From a virus (taxonomy: Duplodnaviria > Caudoviricetes), in IMG/VR virus record IMGVR_UViG_3300049715_000004, positions 1-56,640 of that record: a stretch of 56,640 nt of DNA; one strand, 5' to 3'. A program made the translations under genes and the position numbers. Below, in pieces: positions 37,917 through 48,200 of the stretch (the stretch's first letter is position 1; the number at the start of each line of letters is the position of its first letter). The notes beneath the pieces were generated by a model that searched no databases, was not told the DNA's origin, and saw nothing but the letters and a program-made list of their open reading frames with translations.

Positions 37917-39509
37917 TTATTTTCCTCCTTTGAACAGACTTATGATAAAATCAATTATTTTTTGCCAAATACTCACTTTCGTTTGTGTGTCTCCACTAGT
38001 CGAAGGTTGACTAGGAGTTGGTTCTACAGGTTTTACTATATCAACTGGCTTAGTAGGTTCTTGTGGTTGTTGGATAAGTGGAGTGAAAACCACCAATCTA
38101 TTAAAGATTGACATGATTTCTTTTCCATAATTATCACTCATAGCCCAATGGTTATCTAGGTCTTCCCAATGTGGAGCAATACCTCTAGTTACTAAATCAA
38201 ATCTTGGGTCTAATTTTGTTTCGCCATTAGGAATAGGATTAGTAGATGCATATGCAAGTAAGTGTTGAATCTGTGCTGTTACACCATCTTTAACTGTTGC
38301 AAATGAATTTCCTTTTATTCCTTTTTGGGTAACTCCCATTCCACAATAATTATGTTGGTCAGGAGTCACAGCAGTACCCATGTCATATAAGAAATAGTGT
38401 GTTTCACAAAGAGATTGACAGAAAGCAATATCTCCACGAACTCCATAGACCTTGCCAACTGCAATAAATTGTTTAGCAATTTCTTCGATATCTTTAGCAT
38501 TAGCATTAAGACTCTTAGCAAATGCAACAAGTTTATCTTCGCCAATAATAGATTGACCCATAATATCAGTGTGGCTAGTATGGTCAACAGGTGGAGGAGT
38601 TACAGGTGCAGGAGGTGTAACAGGTGCAGTAGGAGGTTGCGGTTGTGCAACTTTACCATCATAAACACTGTTACCGTTCTCGTCAAATACTTTATACCCT
38701 GCATTTGTATCAGCTAAATTTTTAGCATTTTGTAAATCAGAAAATGCACCAATCTGACTAGAAGCATCTGTCCAACTTTTACGGACACGATATAAGTGTT
38801 GAACAGGAGTTGGAGCAGTAGCAGGTGCAGGGTCATATACACAATTCCCACTATTATCAAATACTTTATAGCCTGCATTTTGATTAGCTACGGACTTTGC
38901 ACTATCTAAGTTAGCGTATGCTCCTACCTGACTTTGTGCATCTGCCCAAGACTTGCGAACACGATATAGATTTTGTGGAGCAGGAGAAGGATTACCTCCT
39001 TGTCTGCTTGCTGTAATAATAGCCTGAACATCTGCCTTGAATTGTGGGATGGATTTACCATGACTTGCTAGGTAATCTACAGGGTCTTGATGATTAGATT
39101 CATGATACATTTTTGAAATTTCATCATGTGTATATAGGTGACTAACATCTAATCCTTTATCATCTAGTAATTTGGCTAATAGATGAATATAATTATTATA
39201 TGAACTATTAAATTTTGCACCATCACTAGTTTCACATAATTCTACCTGACAATACATATGGTTAGCAGTAGGTCCTGCGCCATAGCAACCATAGTTAGTA
39301 TCGGCAATCTGTGTGATAGAATCCCAATCTACCGCAAAGTGGACAAATGCATTATTATATGTATTAGCTTCAAAGTTTCTGATATTTTCATCAGTTGCTT
39401 CGGGGTCAGCAGTTGAGTGAGCAACAACCCCTTCATAATAACCCTTATAGTAATTAAAAGTTGGCAATCCTGAAATTAAATTTTTAGTAATATTAACATT
39501 AATACTCAT
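37917..39509 (-). CDS. endolysin: Amidase_2 + two cell-wall-binding repeats + glucosaminidase (GH73-like)
   Basis: VVAHSTA...FVHFAVD...QVELC...TH...HQDP; two LYRVRKSW.DA.SQ.GA repeats; Pro-rich linker; AFCQS..ET....N..G.G...F....GV.AQIQHL.AYA...WA...YG. Confidence 0.9.
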   Translation of the reverse strand: MSINVNITKNLISGLPTFNYYKGYYEGVVAHSTADPEATDENIRNFEANTYNNAFVHFAVDWDSITQIADTNYGCYGAGPTANHMYCQVELCETSDGAKFNSSYNNYIHLLAKLLDDKGLDVSHLYTHDEISKMYHESNHQDPVDYLASHGKSIPQFKADVQAIITASRQGGNPSPAPQNLYRVRKSWADAQSQVGAYANLDSAKSVANQNAGYKVFDNSGNCVYDPAPATAPTPVQHLYRVRKSWTDASSQIGAFSDLQNAKNLADTNAGYKVFDENGNSVYDGKVAQPQPPTAPVTPPAPVTPPPVDHTSHTDIMGQSIIGEDKLVAFAKSLNANAKDIEEIAKQFIAVGKVYGVRGDIAFCQSLCETHYFLYDMGTAVTPDQHNYCGMGVTQKGIKGNSFATVKDGVTAQIQHLLAYASTNPIPNGETKLDPRFDLVTRGIAPHWEDLDNHWAMSDNYGKEIMSIFNRLVVFTPLIQQPQEPTKPVDIVKPVEPTPSQPSTSGDTQTKVSIWQKIIDFIISLFKGGK

Positions 39510-39835
39510 TTCTTTTCCTCTCCTTTAGTGTTGATGTTTAAATTGAATAACAATAGTACACCGCTTAAAGCGATTAGTAATGTTATCAAAAACCAATTCT
39601 GACCTTCATGCATGAACATAAAAATATTTGTTGCTCCTGTTAAGTTGAAATATGCTGATATTCCGAAATATACACTTTCAATAAATATTGCTAATGAAGC
39701 TACTGCAAGCGGTACTAACAATGGAGGTCTTTCAAATTTCATTCTAATAGAGGAAACAATAACCTTTGATAATTGGAATAAAATTAACCCCCAAGATACT
39801 GCTGAGATTATGTATGTAATTAATACTAGTAACAC
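39506..39835 (-). CDS. three-TM membrane protein in the lysis cassette
   Basis: Three hydrophobic helices; coupled to the endolysin start. Confidence 0.65.
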   Translation of the reverse strand: MLLVLITYIISAVSWGLILFQLSKVIVSSIRMKFERPPLLVPLAVASLAIFIESVYFGISAYFNLTGATNIFMFMHEGQNWFLITLLIALSGVLLLFNLNINTKGEEKK

Positions 39836-39851
39836 TCAACGCACCTCTTTC

Positions 39852-40067
39852 CTATTTTTGATTATTAATCATTGATAAACTATCATTAATGCTTTTTAAT
39901 GATTCCAACATAGAATCATACTTTTGAATGTCTTCCTGAACAGCTTTGGATTGTAAATAAGCTAGTCTGTTTTGCATTCTTTTCTTTCTGTTTCTGTTAT
40001 CTACCTCACACTTAATCAATACTCCTATTAAAATACCAACAAGCATATACACAATCATTAATATCAT
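39852..40067 (-). CDS. single-TM, coiled-coil protein in the lysis cassette
   Basis: N-terminal TM, basic patch and coiled coil. Confidence 0.6.
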   Translation of the reverse strand: MILMIVYMLVGILIGVLIKCEVDNRNRKKRMQNRLAYLQSKAVQEDIQKYDSMLESLKSINDSLSMINNQK

Positions 40068-40327
40068 CTGTTCCCACCACCAATGTTGCTATTCATAATC
40101 TGTGTATATAGTCGCATAGTGACTAGCATTTCCTGTGTAATTTCAGCTTGCTTGCTTAGACTCAACTCTATCCTATCTAAAGCATCATCAATCTCATCTA
40201 GCCTTAGTTGAACACTTTCCCCTTTAGCCCAATTTCTGTCTAACCTCCATAAAGCCCATATTGCTACAACTAAAGGAAAACCAAATTGCTGAATTGCAGT
40301 AATAATTGTTTTCATTATATCGTTCAT
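40064..40327 (-). CDS. YvrJ/BhlA-like holin-type protein
   Basis: I.QFGFPLVVAIWALWRLD followed by a coiled coil. Confidence 0.65.
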   Translation of the reverse strand: MNDIMKTIITAIQQFGFPLVVAIWALWRLDRNWAKGESVQLRLDEIDDALDRIELSLSKQAEITQEMLVTMRLYTQIMNSNIGGGNR

Positions 40328-40355
40328 TCTAAACCCTCCATACTAATCTTTTCCT

Positions 40356-40991
40356 CTACTTAGACGGCGACCAAGTTCCATTGTTATTTAGATATATTTG
40401 TTTAGCCTGAGTCCACACTCCATTATTATTAATCCAAACAGCCTTACTAGAAGTCCAAGCACCATTATTGTTGATGTTCATTGTGGCAGGTAAGTATCCA
40501 TTTAACTGACAGTTTAGTACTCCTGCGTTATTCCATGTATTCCCTCCTAATCCATCATTAGGTCCATTCATAGAAGTTACACTATATAAACTTTGAAATC
40601 CTGCAACAGAGCCATTTGTCCATTGAGGAGTATAGCTTTGGTAGCTTGGGTTACACCATACACCAACAAAATAGTTTCTACCTCCTAACAAAAATACTGG
40701 AGAACTAAAATTCGCATATTGCCAAGCCTGACCTGCTACTCCATCACTACCTTGAGAAGCAGTAACAGTAGGAGTATATGCAACACAAGAGCCATCTCCT
40801 GCATTCCATATGGCATGGAATGTATAACATGTTCCTCCTCTTCCTGCATAATATATGTTCAAGCTTGTAGCCCAAATATTAACAGGGACATAAACATAGC
40901 TTGCATATGCATTTAAACTATTAAGACCTCTCCAAGCATAGTTAATAGGCGAGCCTGCATTTACAGTACTATAAACATTGTTTGTAGACAT
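40356..40991 (-). CDS. tail-fibre-associated protein
   Basis: 211 aa, beta-rich; C-terminal repeated INNNG.WT..K.(V/I) motifs; follows the fibre gene. Confidence 0.6.
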   Translation of the reverse strand: MSTNNVYSTVNAGSPINYAWRGLNSLNAYASYVYVPVNIWATSLNIYYAGRGGTCYTFHAIWNAGDGSCVAYTPTVTASQGSDGVAGQAWQYANFSSPVFLLGGRNYFVGVWCNPSYQSYTPQWTNGSVAGFQSLYSVTSMNGPNDGLGGNTWNNAGVLNCQLNGYLPATMNINNNGAWTSSKAVWINNNGVWTQAKQIYLNNNGTWSPSK

Positions 40992-41012
40992 TAAAAACCA
41001 TCCCTTTGTTAG

Positions 41013-43847
41013 TTATATCTGTATATATATATCTCCATTGCTACCACCTGCAGGAGCACCTGAACCCCACGAAATATGCTTACCTTTTGCATATATTTGA
41101 GAACCGTTAATATATGCTTCTCCATTAGCAGTATCTACATTAAATGCATAGCTAGAGTTAGTTCCACTCATACCCTTAATGAAATATATGTTTCCATTTC
41201 CATGAAATCCTATTGCTTGGTCTGATGTTGTATGCCATATAGCATGATGACCACCTGCATTCAATTTTAAACCAACATTCCATGCGGCCCATGTATCCCA
41301 ATTCTCATATCCACTTATGTTAAATGCTCCTCCACTTTGGAACCAACCTTGGATAGCAACACCAGTTTGAACAAATCTTAGCTGCTTATTTACAGATTCT
41401 ATGTGCCATGTATTGTTTCCACTTTCCTGCAACTGAATGTGTCCAGAATTTCTATTAACTAGAACTTGACCACCACTTATAATTGTATTACCAGTAGAAC
41501 TAACAGCATTGCTATTTATTGTAATAACACCTGTTGTTGGTGATGCAGATAAGAAGCTACCACCTGAGCCAATCTGTAATGTGCCATCTGTACGAACTGT
41601 GCTGTTTCCAAAATAAACACCACTTGTATGAGTAAAGTCATCATTAATGCCTAACCACTCATCAGCCCTTGAACTAGCAATCTTACCATACTGACCAGTA
41701 AGAGTTGTAATTCCGCTTATAGTATTATTGTTTAGGGTTACTGTCCCATTTACAGTTAATGAATTATTTATAGTAGTTGCAGGAGACAGTGTGAGTGAAT
41801 TAATTGACGGTCCATAAGAAAGTATTGTACGACTATTCTGCCAATCATACAATCCTAAACCTGATGAGTTTCCGTAAAAGCCCCATTTTTGAACCCCACC
41901 CGATACAAATTGGATATCTCTCTCAGCACTTGTAACATCAAATTGTAGTGAACCTGTCATTATATCTCCTGTCTTTGATAAAGGAGAGATATTTCCTGCA
42001 TGCCATACTTTGTTACCAGTTACTAGCAAATCTTGGTTAAAATAGAACTGTGGTCTATCAGTATAGATGTGTGCATATGTAGTATTTTTTGGTGCAATAT
42101 CTATATATCCATATGAGTTTGATACCCTTACAGAACCATCAGCACTTTGATTTGTAAATGTTGTGGTAAGACTAGTTCCTAGTGTTAATGTACCAGTATT
42201 TAACTGAGCTCCTGCATTGTGCAATGTATATGCTGTGTTTGGTGCAGTTGTTGCAATAGCTAAAGTTCCACCACTACCAAATATAGTAGGTCCTGTACTT
42301 CCTAGTTTTATTGCTCCAATCGCTGTATTTTGTTGACCATAAACACCTAAAGTATTTGCTGTATTTACATCCCACACTGCAGAGTTACTACCAACATATA
42401 ATCCTGCTGAGTTATTTAAAGTAGCTCTAAAAGCAGTAGTTGTTCTAATGTCACCTGTAACATCTAGCTTATAAGTTGGAGATGGTTGATTAATTCCAAT
42501 ATTTCCATTAGCAGAGAATGTAACTGCTTCACCTACACTATTTTGTCCAGTATAGAATCTTAGATTTCCACCTTCCCATCTAAATGTCTTAGTTCCCGAT
42601 GCACCCATAGCTTGGATTACATCACTAGATGTTGAATTTGAAATGAATGTTTGATTTGTCTGTACATTACCAACTACATCTAATGCTTGTGATGGTGTTA
42701 AAGTTCCAATCCCTACATTTCCTACACCAGTAAATGATACATTAATTGTAGGAGGTGAAGCATTTGATGAAAATTGTGGAGAAGCTGGACCTCCAATATA
42801 CAGGTAATGTCCTACACTATCATACTTAATACCTGCCCATTGATTCCAATCATATGATGTGCTAGAGCCAAATCTTAATTGTGTTAATCCGCCTAATGCA
42901 ATAGAGCCACCACTTACAGCAGTATCAATTGTTACACCGTCTAAATTAATTCCTGTTCCTTGTGTCTTTGCTGTATTTAATATTAAAGGACCTGTGCTTG
43001 TAACAACACCAGTTGTATCAATAGTAAACTTACCGCTATTATAGTTAAGCTGACCACCATTAGTAACTTTGAATGTTGCACCTGAGCTACCTACTTCAAG
43101 TGTTCCGTCAGTTCTAAATTCTCCACCAGAATGATAGAACGATTTACTTCCACCTACACGAAGCCAAGTAGTGTCGCTCATATACAAACTTCCACCATAG
43201 TCGTCAAATGAAAGTGTGCTTGAACCTTTTATTCCTACTCCGCCAGTTGCAGTTATCTTACTATTAACAAGCAAATTTCCAAAAAATTGTCCATTACCTG
43301 CACTGTCAACAGTTAATCTATCGGCATCACCTGCACCTTGTACCCTAAAGTAACCTGCTGAACCGCTTCCATTTCCACCTATTCTTAACCTTGCATCGTT
43401 GTTAAACCATGATAAGAAGAAGTTTGCACTTGCATTACTTGGATTGATTAATTGAACTATGCCTTTTGTTTGAATATCTCCACCGAACAAAGAATATTTT
43501 CCTGAATTTGTATTTACTTCAAGATGGTCTATTGCTGACGAAACATCTAGTAGACCAATTGATTTAGTTCCATTTATTGTTGTTATGTATGTCGATTCAC
43601 TACCGCTTGAACTATATACAGACATTTGTTGATTATGTATTCCATCATATAAGATAAGGTTATTACCTTGAGGTGATATTCTTAAATAAGATGAACCTGC
43701 ATTATCAGAGATAGATGAATTTTTTAATGTTATTGCTCCACCACTAATAGTTAACGTACTATTAATTGCTTGTGGACTTGTATTCGTTTGTGATATATAT
43801 GCACTGTTTAAATTACTTGCTGATAATATCTGACCCTGTATAATCAT
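41013..43847 (-). CDS. tail fibre / receptor-binding protein
   Basis: 944 aa, G/S/T/N-rich; GNVGIGT..P...LDV.G repeats, K.GD.MTG.L, GNKVWHAGN, and C-terminal AP.GG.NGDIYIQ. Confidence 0.8.
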   Translation of the reverse strand: MIIQGQILSASNLNSAYISQTNTSPQAINSTLTISGGAITLKNSSISDNAGSSYLRISPQGNNLILYDGIHNQQMSVYSSSGSESTYITTINGTKSIGLLDVSSAIDHLEVNTNSGKYSLFGGDIQTKGIVQLINPSNASANFFLSWFNNDARLRIGGNGSGSAGYFRVQGAGDADRLTVDSAGNGQFFGNLLVNSKITATGGVGIKGSSTLSFDDYGGSLYMSDTTWLRVGGSKSFYHSGGEFRTDGTLEVGSSGATFKVTNGGQLNYNSGKFTIDTTGVVTSTGPLILNTAKTQGTGINLDGVTIDTAVSGGSIALGGLTQLRFGSSTSYDWNQWAGIKYDSVGHYLYIGGPASPQFSSNASPPTINVSFTGVGNVGIGTLTPSQALDVVGNVQTNQTFISNSTSSDVIQAMGASGTKTFRWEGGNLRFYTGQNSVGEAVTFSANGNIGINQPSPTYKLDVTGDIRTTTAFRATLNNSAGLYVGSNSAVWDVNTANTLGVYGQQNTAIGAIKLGSTGPTIFGSGGTLAIATTAPNTAYTLHNAGAQLNTGTLTLGTSLTTTFTNQSADGSVRVSNSYGYIDIAPKNTTYAHIYTDRPQFYFNQDLLVTGNKVWHAGNISPLSKTGDIMTGSLQFDVTSAERDIQFVSGGVQKWGFYGNSSGLGLYDWQNSRTILSYGPSINSLTLSPATTINNSLTVNGTVTLNNNTISGITTLTGQYGKIASSRADEWLGINDDFTHTSGVYFGNSTVRTDGTLQIGSGGSFLSASPTTGVITINSNAVSSTGNTIISGGQVLVNRNSGHIQLQESGNNTWHIESVNKQLRFVQTGVAIQGWFQSGGAFNISGYENWDTWAAWNVGLKLNAGGHHAIWHTTSDQAIGFHGNGNIYFIKGMSGTNSSYAFNVDTANGEAYINGSQIYAKGKHISWGSGAPAGGSNGDIYIQI

Positions 43848-43945
43848 CTATAAAATCAACCTCCTTCGTTCTCACAATCTTAAACTTCTAGTTCTTATCC
43901 TCACTATGCTACTTATATATTTAAGGAAAAAACCCTATAATTTGC

Positions 43946-45172
43946 TTATAGGGCATATGCTCTTTTATCAAATGGATTGTAAAATGGTACTTGAGATGTA
44001 TACCATGCACTTACATCTTCTGCCGATGGGAAAGCTGTTCCAATTCTTAAATCAGATAATACGATATTAGGGTTATTTCTTATTCCTGAGCCAATATAAA
44101 ATCCAGTTGCACTATTAAAATAGTATCCTTGCCAATCTACAGGAGAAGTATTTTTCATATTAAGAGTACCATCAATATAAATCCCAAACTCTACATTCCT
44201 ATTCCAATAGACAACTACATGACTCCATTTATCAAACTTTATATTTGGATTTAACTGTGTATTTCCCCCACTTGAGTTATATCCTCTTAGATAGTTATTT
44301 CCTGCACTATTTATTAGTAAGTCAAAGCAACCATCTACTCCTGAACTAAAGATAGGATTCGCACCTCCACCGAAACTATTACTATCAGTTCTAGCATACA
44401 TCCAAAATGATATAAATCCCTGTGGAATATTAACAACATTGGTAGGATATTTTATTAGACCATTACTCCTAGTTCCTGATGTGAATGATGTAAGCGCAGT
44501 ACTCTGCTCTATTTGTGGACATACCCAATCTATTGTAATTGTTTCATTTAGTACAGTTGAAGGACTCTTAAATGCCCAAAATTTAAAGTCTGTTCCTGTT
44601 GTTGAACCATTCCATTTTGCAACACTTCTATTCCATCCTGAATTTGTAGGATATGTACCGACATCTGACCACCCTGTTAAATTAGTTGCTGTACCACCCA
44701 TAACAATATCACTCTTATATGCTCTCCAATAGATGGAAGCCATGTATGTATTTCCTGATGTATATGTGTTATTAAGACTACTCATTACACCATGAGAACT
44801 TAAAGATGTCTGTATATTAGTTAGCGCATTTGCAGAAGTAGGTGTCATTTGTAGTCTGTATACAGTTTGACCCATATATTTCTCACTAAGTTGTACAATA
44901 TTTGCTGATATCTGATTTCCTGATGAGAAATTGTTATATATGTTCATATTACCTGACCACATATTAGTTGTTCCTTGTTCTATTGCTACACCACCACCAA
45001 ATTTTCCTTCAACTGGTCTATTTGTATATATAGAAGTTGGGTCAGGTAGTATTAAATTACCGAATTGTATTCCAATTGCATCTTTATTAAAATCAAAATG
45101 AGCATCACCAAAACCTACTGGTATTACATTTCCACTTAACACTAGCCTACTCCCAAAATGGGCATTACTCAT
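43946..45172 (-). CDS. LamG/concanavalin-like domain tail protein
   Basis: GKFGGGVAIEQGTTN, PQIEQ...TSFT.GTR, G.ISFW, W.HVVV.W...IYIDG and DLRI motifs. Confidence 0.75.
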   Translation of the reverse strand: MSNAHFGSRLVLSGNVIPVGFGDAHFDFNKDAIGIQFGNLILPDPTSIYTNRPVEGKFGGGVAIEQGTTNMWSGNMNIYNNFSSGNQISANIVQLSEKYMGQTVYRLQMTPTSANALTNIQTSLSSHGVMSSLNNTYTSGNTYMASIYWRAYKSDIVMGGTATNLTGWSDVGTYPTNSGWNRSVAKWNGSTTGTDFKFWAFKSPSTVLNETITIDWVCPQIEQSTALTSFTSGTRSNGLIKYPTNVVNIPQGFISFWMYARTDSNSFGGGANPIFSSGVDGCFDLLINSAGNNYLRGYNSSGGNTQLNPNIKFDKWSHVVVYWNRNVEFGIYIDGTLNMKNTSPVDWQGYYFNSATGFYIGSGIRNNPNIVLSDLRIGTAFPSAEDVSAWYTSQVPFYNPFDKRAYAL

Positions 45173-45199
45173 TTGAATCTCCTCCTTTTATTTTACGTT

Positions 45200-45215
45200 T
45201 GCCCCCGAAAGGGCA
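45200..45215 (-). terminator. UUCG-capped hairpin after the giant tail gene
   Basis: TGCCCT-TTCG-GGGGCA on the minus strand; no clear U-tract. Confidence 0.4.
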
Positions 45216-45219
45216 TTTA

Positions 45220-48200
45220 TTAGAATGCTTCAATTCCTATGTCTATAGTTACAACATTCACACAAGCATCGTCAAGATTAACAGTTATTGCATTTGCAGT
45301 TTTGTTAGACCAATAAATGTGTGGCTCTGAACTGTTACATGACAACTTAACTACATATTGAGGTAAGTTTAAATTGTGTGTCCATGTATAGCTTGTTTGC
45401 CCTACAGGAATAGTAACAGAATTGTTAGAAGGTGTATTCTTAATTGGTTGACCCAAGTTTATATATCCACCTGTTGATGCAATAGTATTTACATACATAG
45501 TGTAATTTACATATGTATTTTGTCCTGACACTGAAAGTGATTTCCATATTCTAGCATCAGCAATATCAGTTGCCAGTATGCTTCCTGCATTCTGTCTTAT
45601 AGTTACATTAGCTAGTAGGACACCATCAGAAGGGATAGTCGGTGCAACAGGACTTGCTTGTGCTGTACCTTGTAAAACAGTTACTACTCCTTCGTTTGCT
45701 CCTGCACTTGAACCTTGAATATAAACAGAATCTATTCTATTATATGTCGCACTAGGAGTTGCAAACGCTATACTACCACCTGCACTTACAATTATTCTCA
45801 TACCGCTATTAGTATAAGCTGTTCCTGATGTTAATTGAACAGTCATATTAGGAACGCTTTGAGCCTGAACTTGTGTTCCTGTATAAACACCCTTACCTCC
45901 AAGTTCTGCAATGCTCCAATTCTTAGCTAATTGAGGTTCTTTTATACTATTAACCATTTGGGCATTTAGATTGTTTACAAGTCCAGTAGATGTTACTGCA
46001 ATTGCATTCGCTGTCATCGTTCCGCTAAAGTTTGCATTACCACTAGCATTAATATAAGAATTAACACCTGACTGCTGTGCTAAGTTATCTCCTGCTAGTT
46101 GGATTCCTAATGTACCTGTACCTGTTCTTACATATAATGCTCCACTCCCATTATTCGCCCCGACATAAGAAGCTCCATTTACAGTAAATCCTGTATTAAC
46201 TGTTTGGTTATTACTATTATTCAGTACATACTGTGAATGAGTATGTGATAGGTCTAATGTTAGCTGAGATTGACCGTTATTTTGATTCAAATACAGAGTG
46301 CCATTTCCATTTCCACTGATACCTGTAACATATGTATCAACAGTTGCCACGATAGGTTGCCAAGTTCCATCTCCACGAAGGAAAGTTGAACTTGTTCCAC
46401 CTGTCGGAACATGTGCACCTATCCCTAATGTATTGCTATGAGTATAAGCCCATCCTGAACTAATAGCTAGTGAACTTCCACTTGTAGGTGTTGAAGAAAC
46501 ATTAGTGTTTCCGCTATTGACAGCAATTAATTCTTGGAGTTTTGAATAGCTATTAGAATCCATAAAACCTGCATTTGTGCTACTTGCTAATGGATGAATG
46601 TGGTCTCCACGAGCAATCGTATTTCCAGTTCCATAGTTTCCACTAGTACCTGCATATCCTGCGATGCTATCTAATAAAGACTTATTAGTATGTCCATGAG
46701 TAGCATAGTTTAATGCTAGTTTAAATTCAGGAATATTAGCAAAAGGACTTATGTGGTGATTGTCAATAGAGTAAGCGTGAATTTTTTCTCCTTGAATTGC
46801 ACCATTAGCAATATGCTTTGTTTGTACACCTGTTGTAGTTGGCTTTGAAGGAGTCCATTCTTCCATTCTAATTGATGGAAGCTTATCTAGTGACTGTGAC
46901 ATTCTCCAATTGGTACTCTGCTTACCTTTTTCAAAAACAGCAGATGTTACATATGAAATACCTTGACCTTGAGAGCCATTTGAATTGCTAAGTGTATTTT
47001 TAACTCTGAATCTATACTTAAGTGCAACACTGCCGTCAGGCATTCCTGTTTTTGGATTAACCCTTGGTATGTCAAATGCGCCATCAGTTGTTTGTCTTCC
47101 TTGCCCAACATAATTACTAGTCAATGTAGGAACAATTTTATATCTTGTAAAATCACTACCGCTATTATTAGATATTTGAAGAGAATTTCTATTGTAATAC
47201 TGGAAATCTTCAAATCTAAGCCTGTCGATATTTATTTCACCTGAACTTTGGTAGATAGTGATTGTATGCGTACCACTTTTCAAAGGAACTGCTGACTTGA
47301 AAAATGAAGGTTGATTCGCATTTGAGTTTTGGAATAAATAGAATCTATTTACACCATCAGCAACAGGATAGTTCATTTGTGTGCCATCAACGAATACTTG
47401 TGCTACACCAAATTCTTGACCTTTTAAGAATGTATAGTACCATTGGGTTGTGTACTCGGTATTTATTGTATACTGAGCATATGCACCTTGGACTGATGTT
47501 TTGATAACACTTCCGTTCAATGTCATTGGAGTTTGGTTTGGATATTTATAAGATGTGTCTTTTATCCAATCTCCCTTTGCCTTAATTGCCACCCATCTAT
47601 TTATGTTATCTACTGTATTTCCGCTAACCCAATCTCGAACATACCTAACAGGTATTGGATTAAATGTTATTGTGTTACCGCTTGCAGTTTCTACATATTC
47701 TCCACTAACCTTACTATCAAATACAGATGTCCAACTTACACCGTCTGCTGATACTTCTGTTTTTGTGTTATGGTATTTTCTACTATCAGCATAATAGTGC
47801 CATACATCTATCTCACCAATCATATATGTAATACCAAGGTCTATTTTAACAGATGCATTTCCTGAACCTGCTTCAAAATAATTAGTAGTATCTAGGCTTC
47901 CATTTACAACTCTAGAAATATCGTACTTATCATTAGTTCCTCCATAATGATATGAAGTAGAGCCACCTGACATTATTATATTTCCACTTGCAGTATTAAG
48001 TGCTTGGTCTGTAGTGGTACTTAAGATAAGACCGTTATATTGTTGATTTATACCATCACTTGTAGGTGTGAAAGAACTTGTTTGTTGGTCTTCAACAATT
48101 ACAAACTTAGGCACATACTCATCAATTTCAAATGTAGTTACAGAGTTTGTAGTAGTTGATTGGTCTATGTTTATTTCTACAGAACCATTGAACTTATTAA

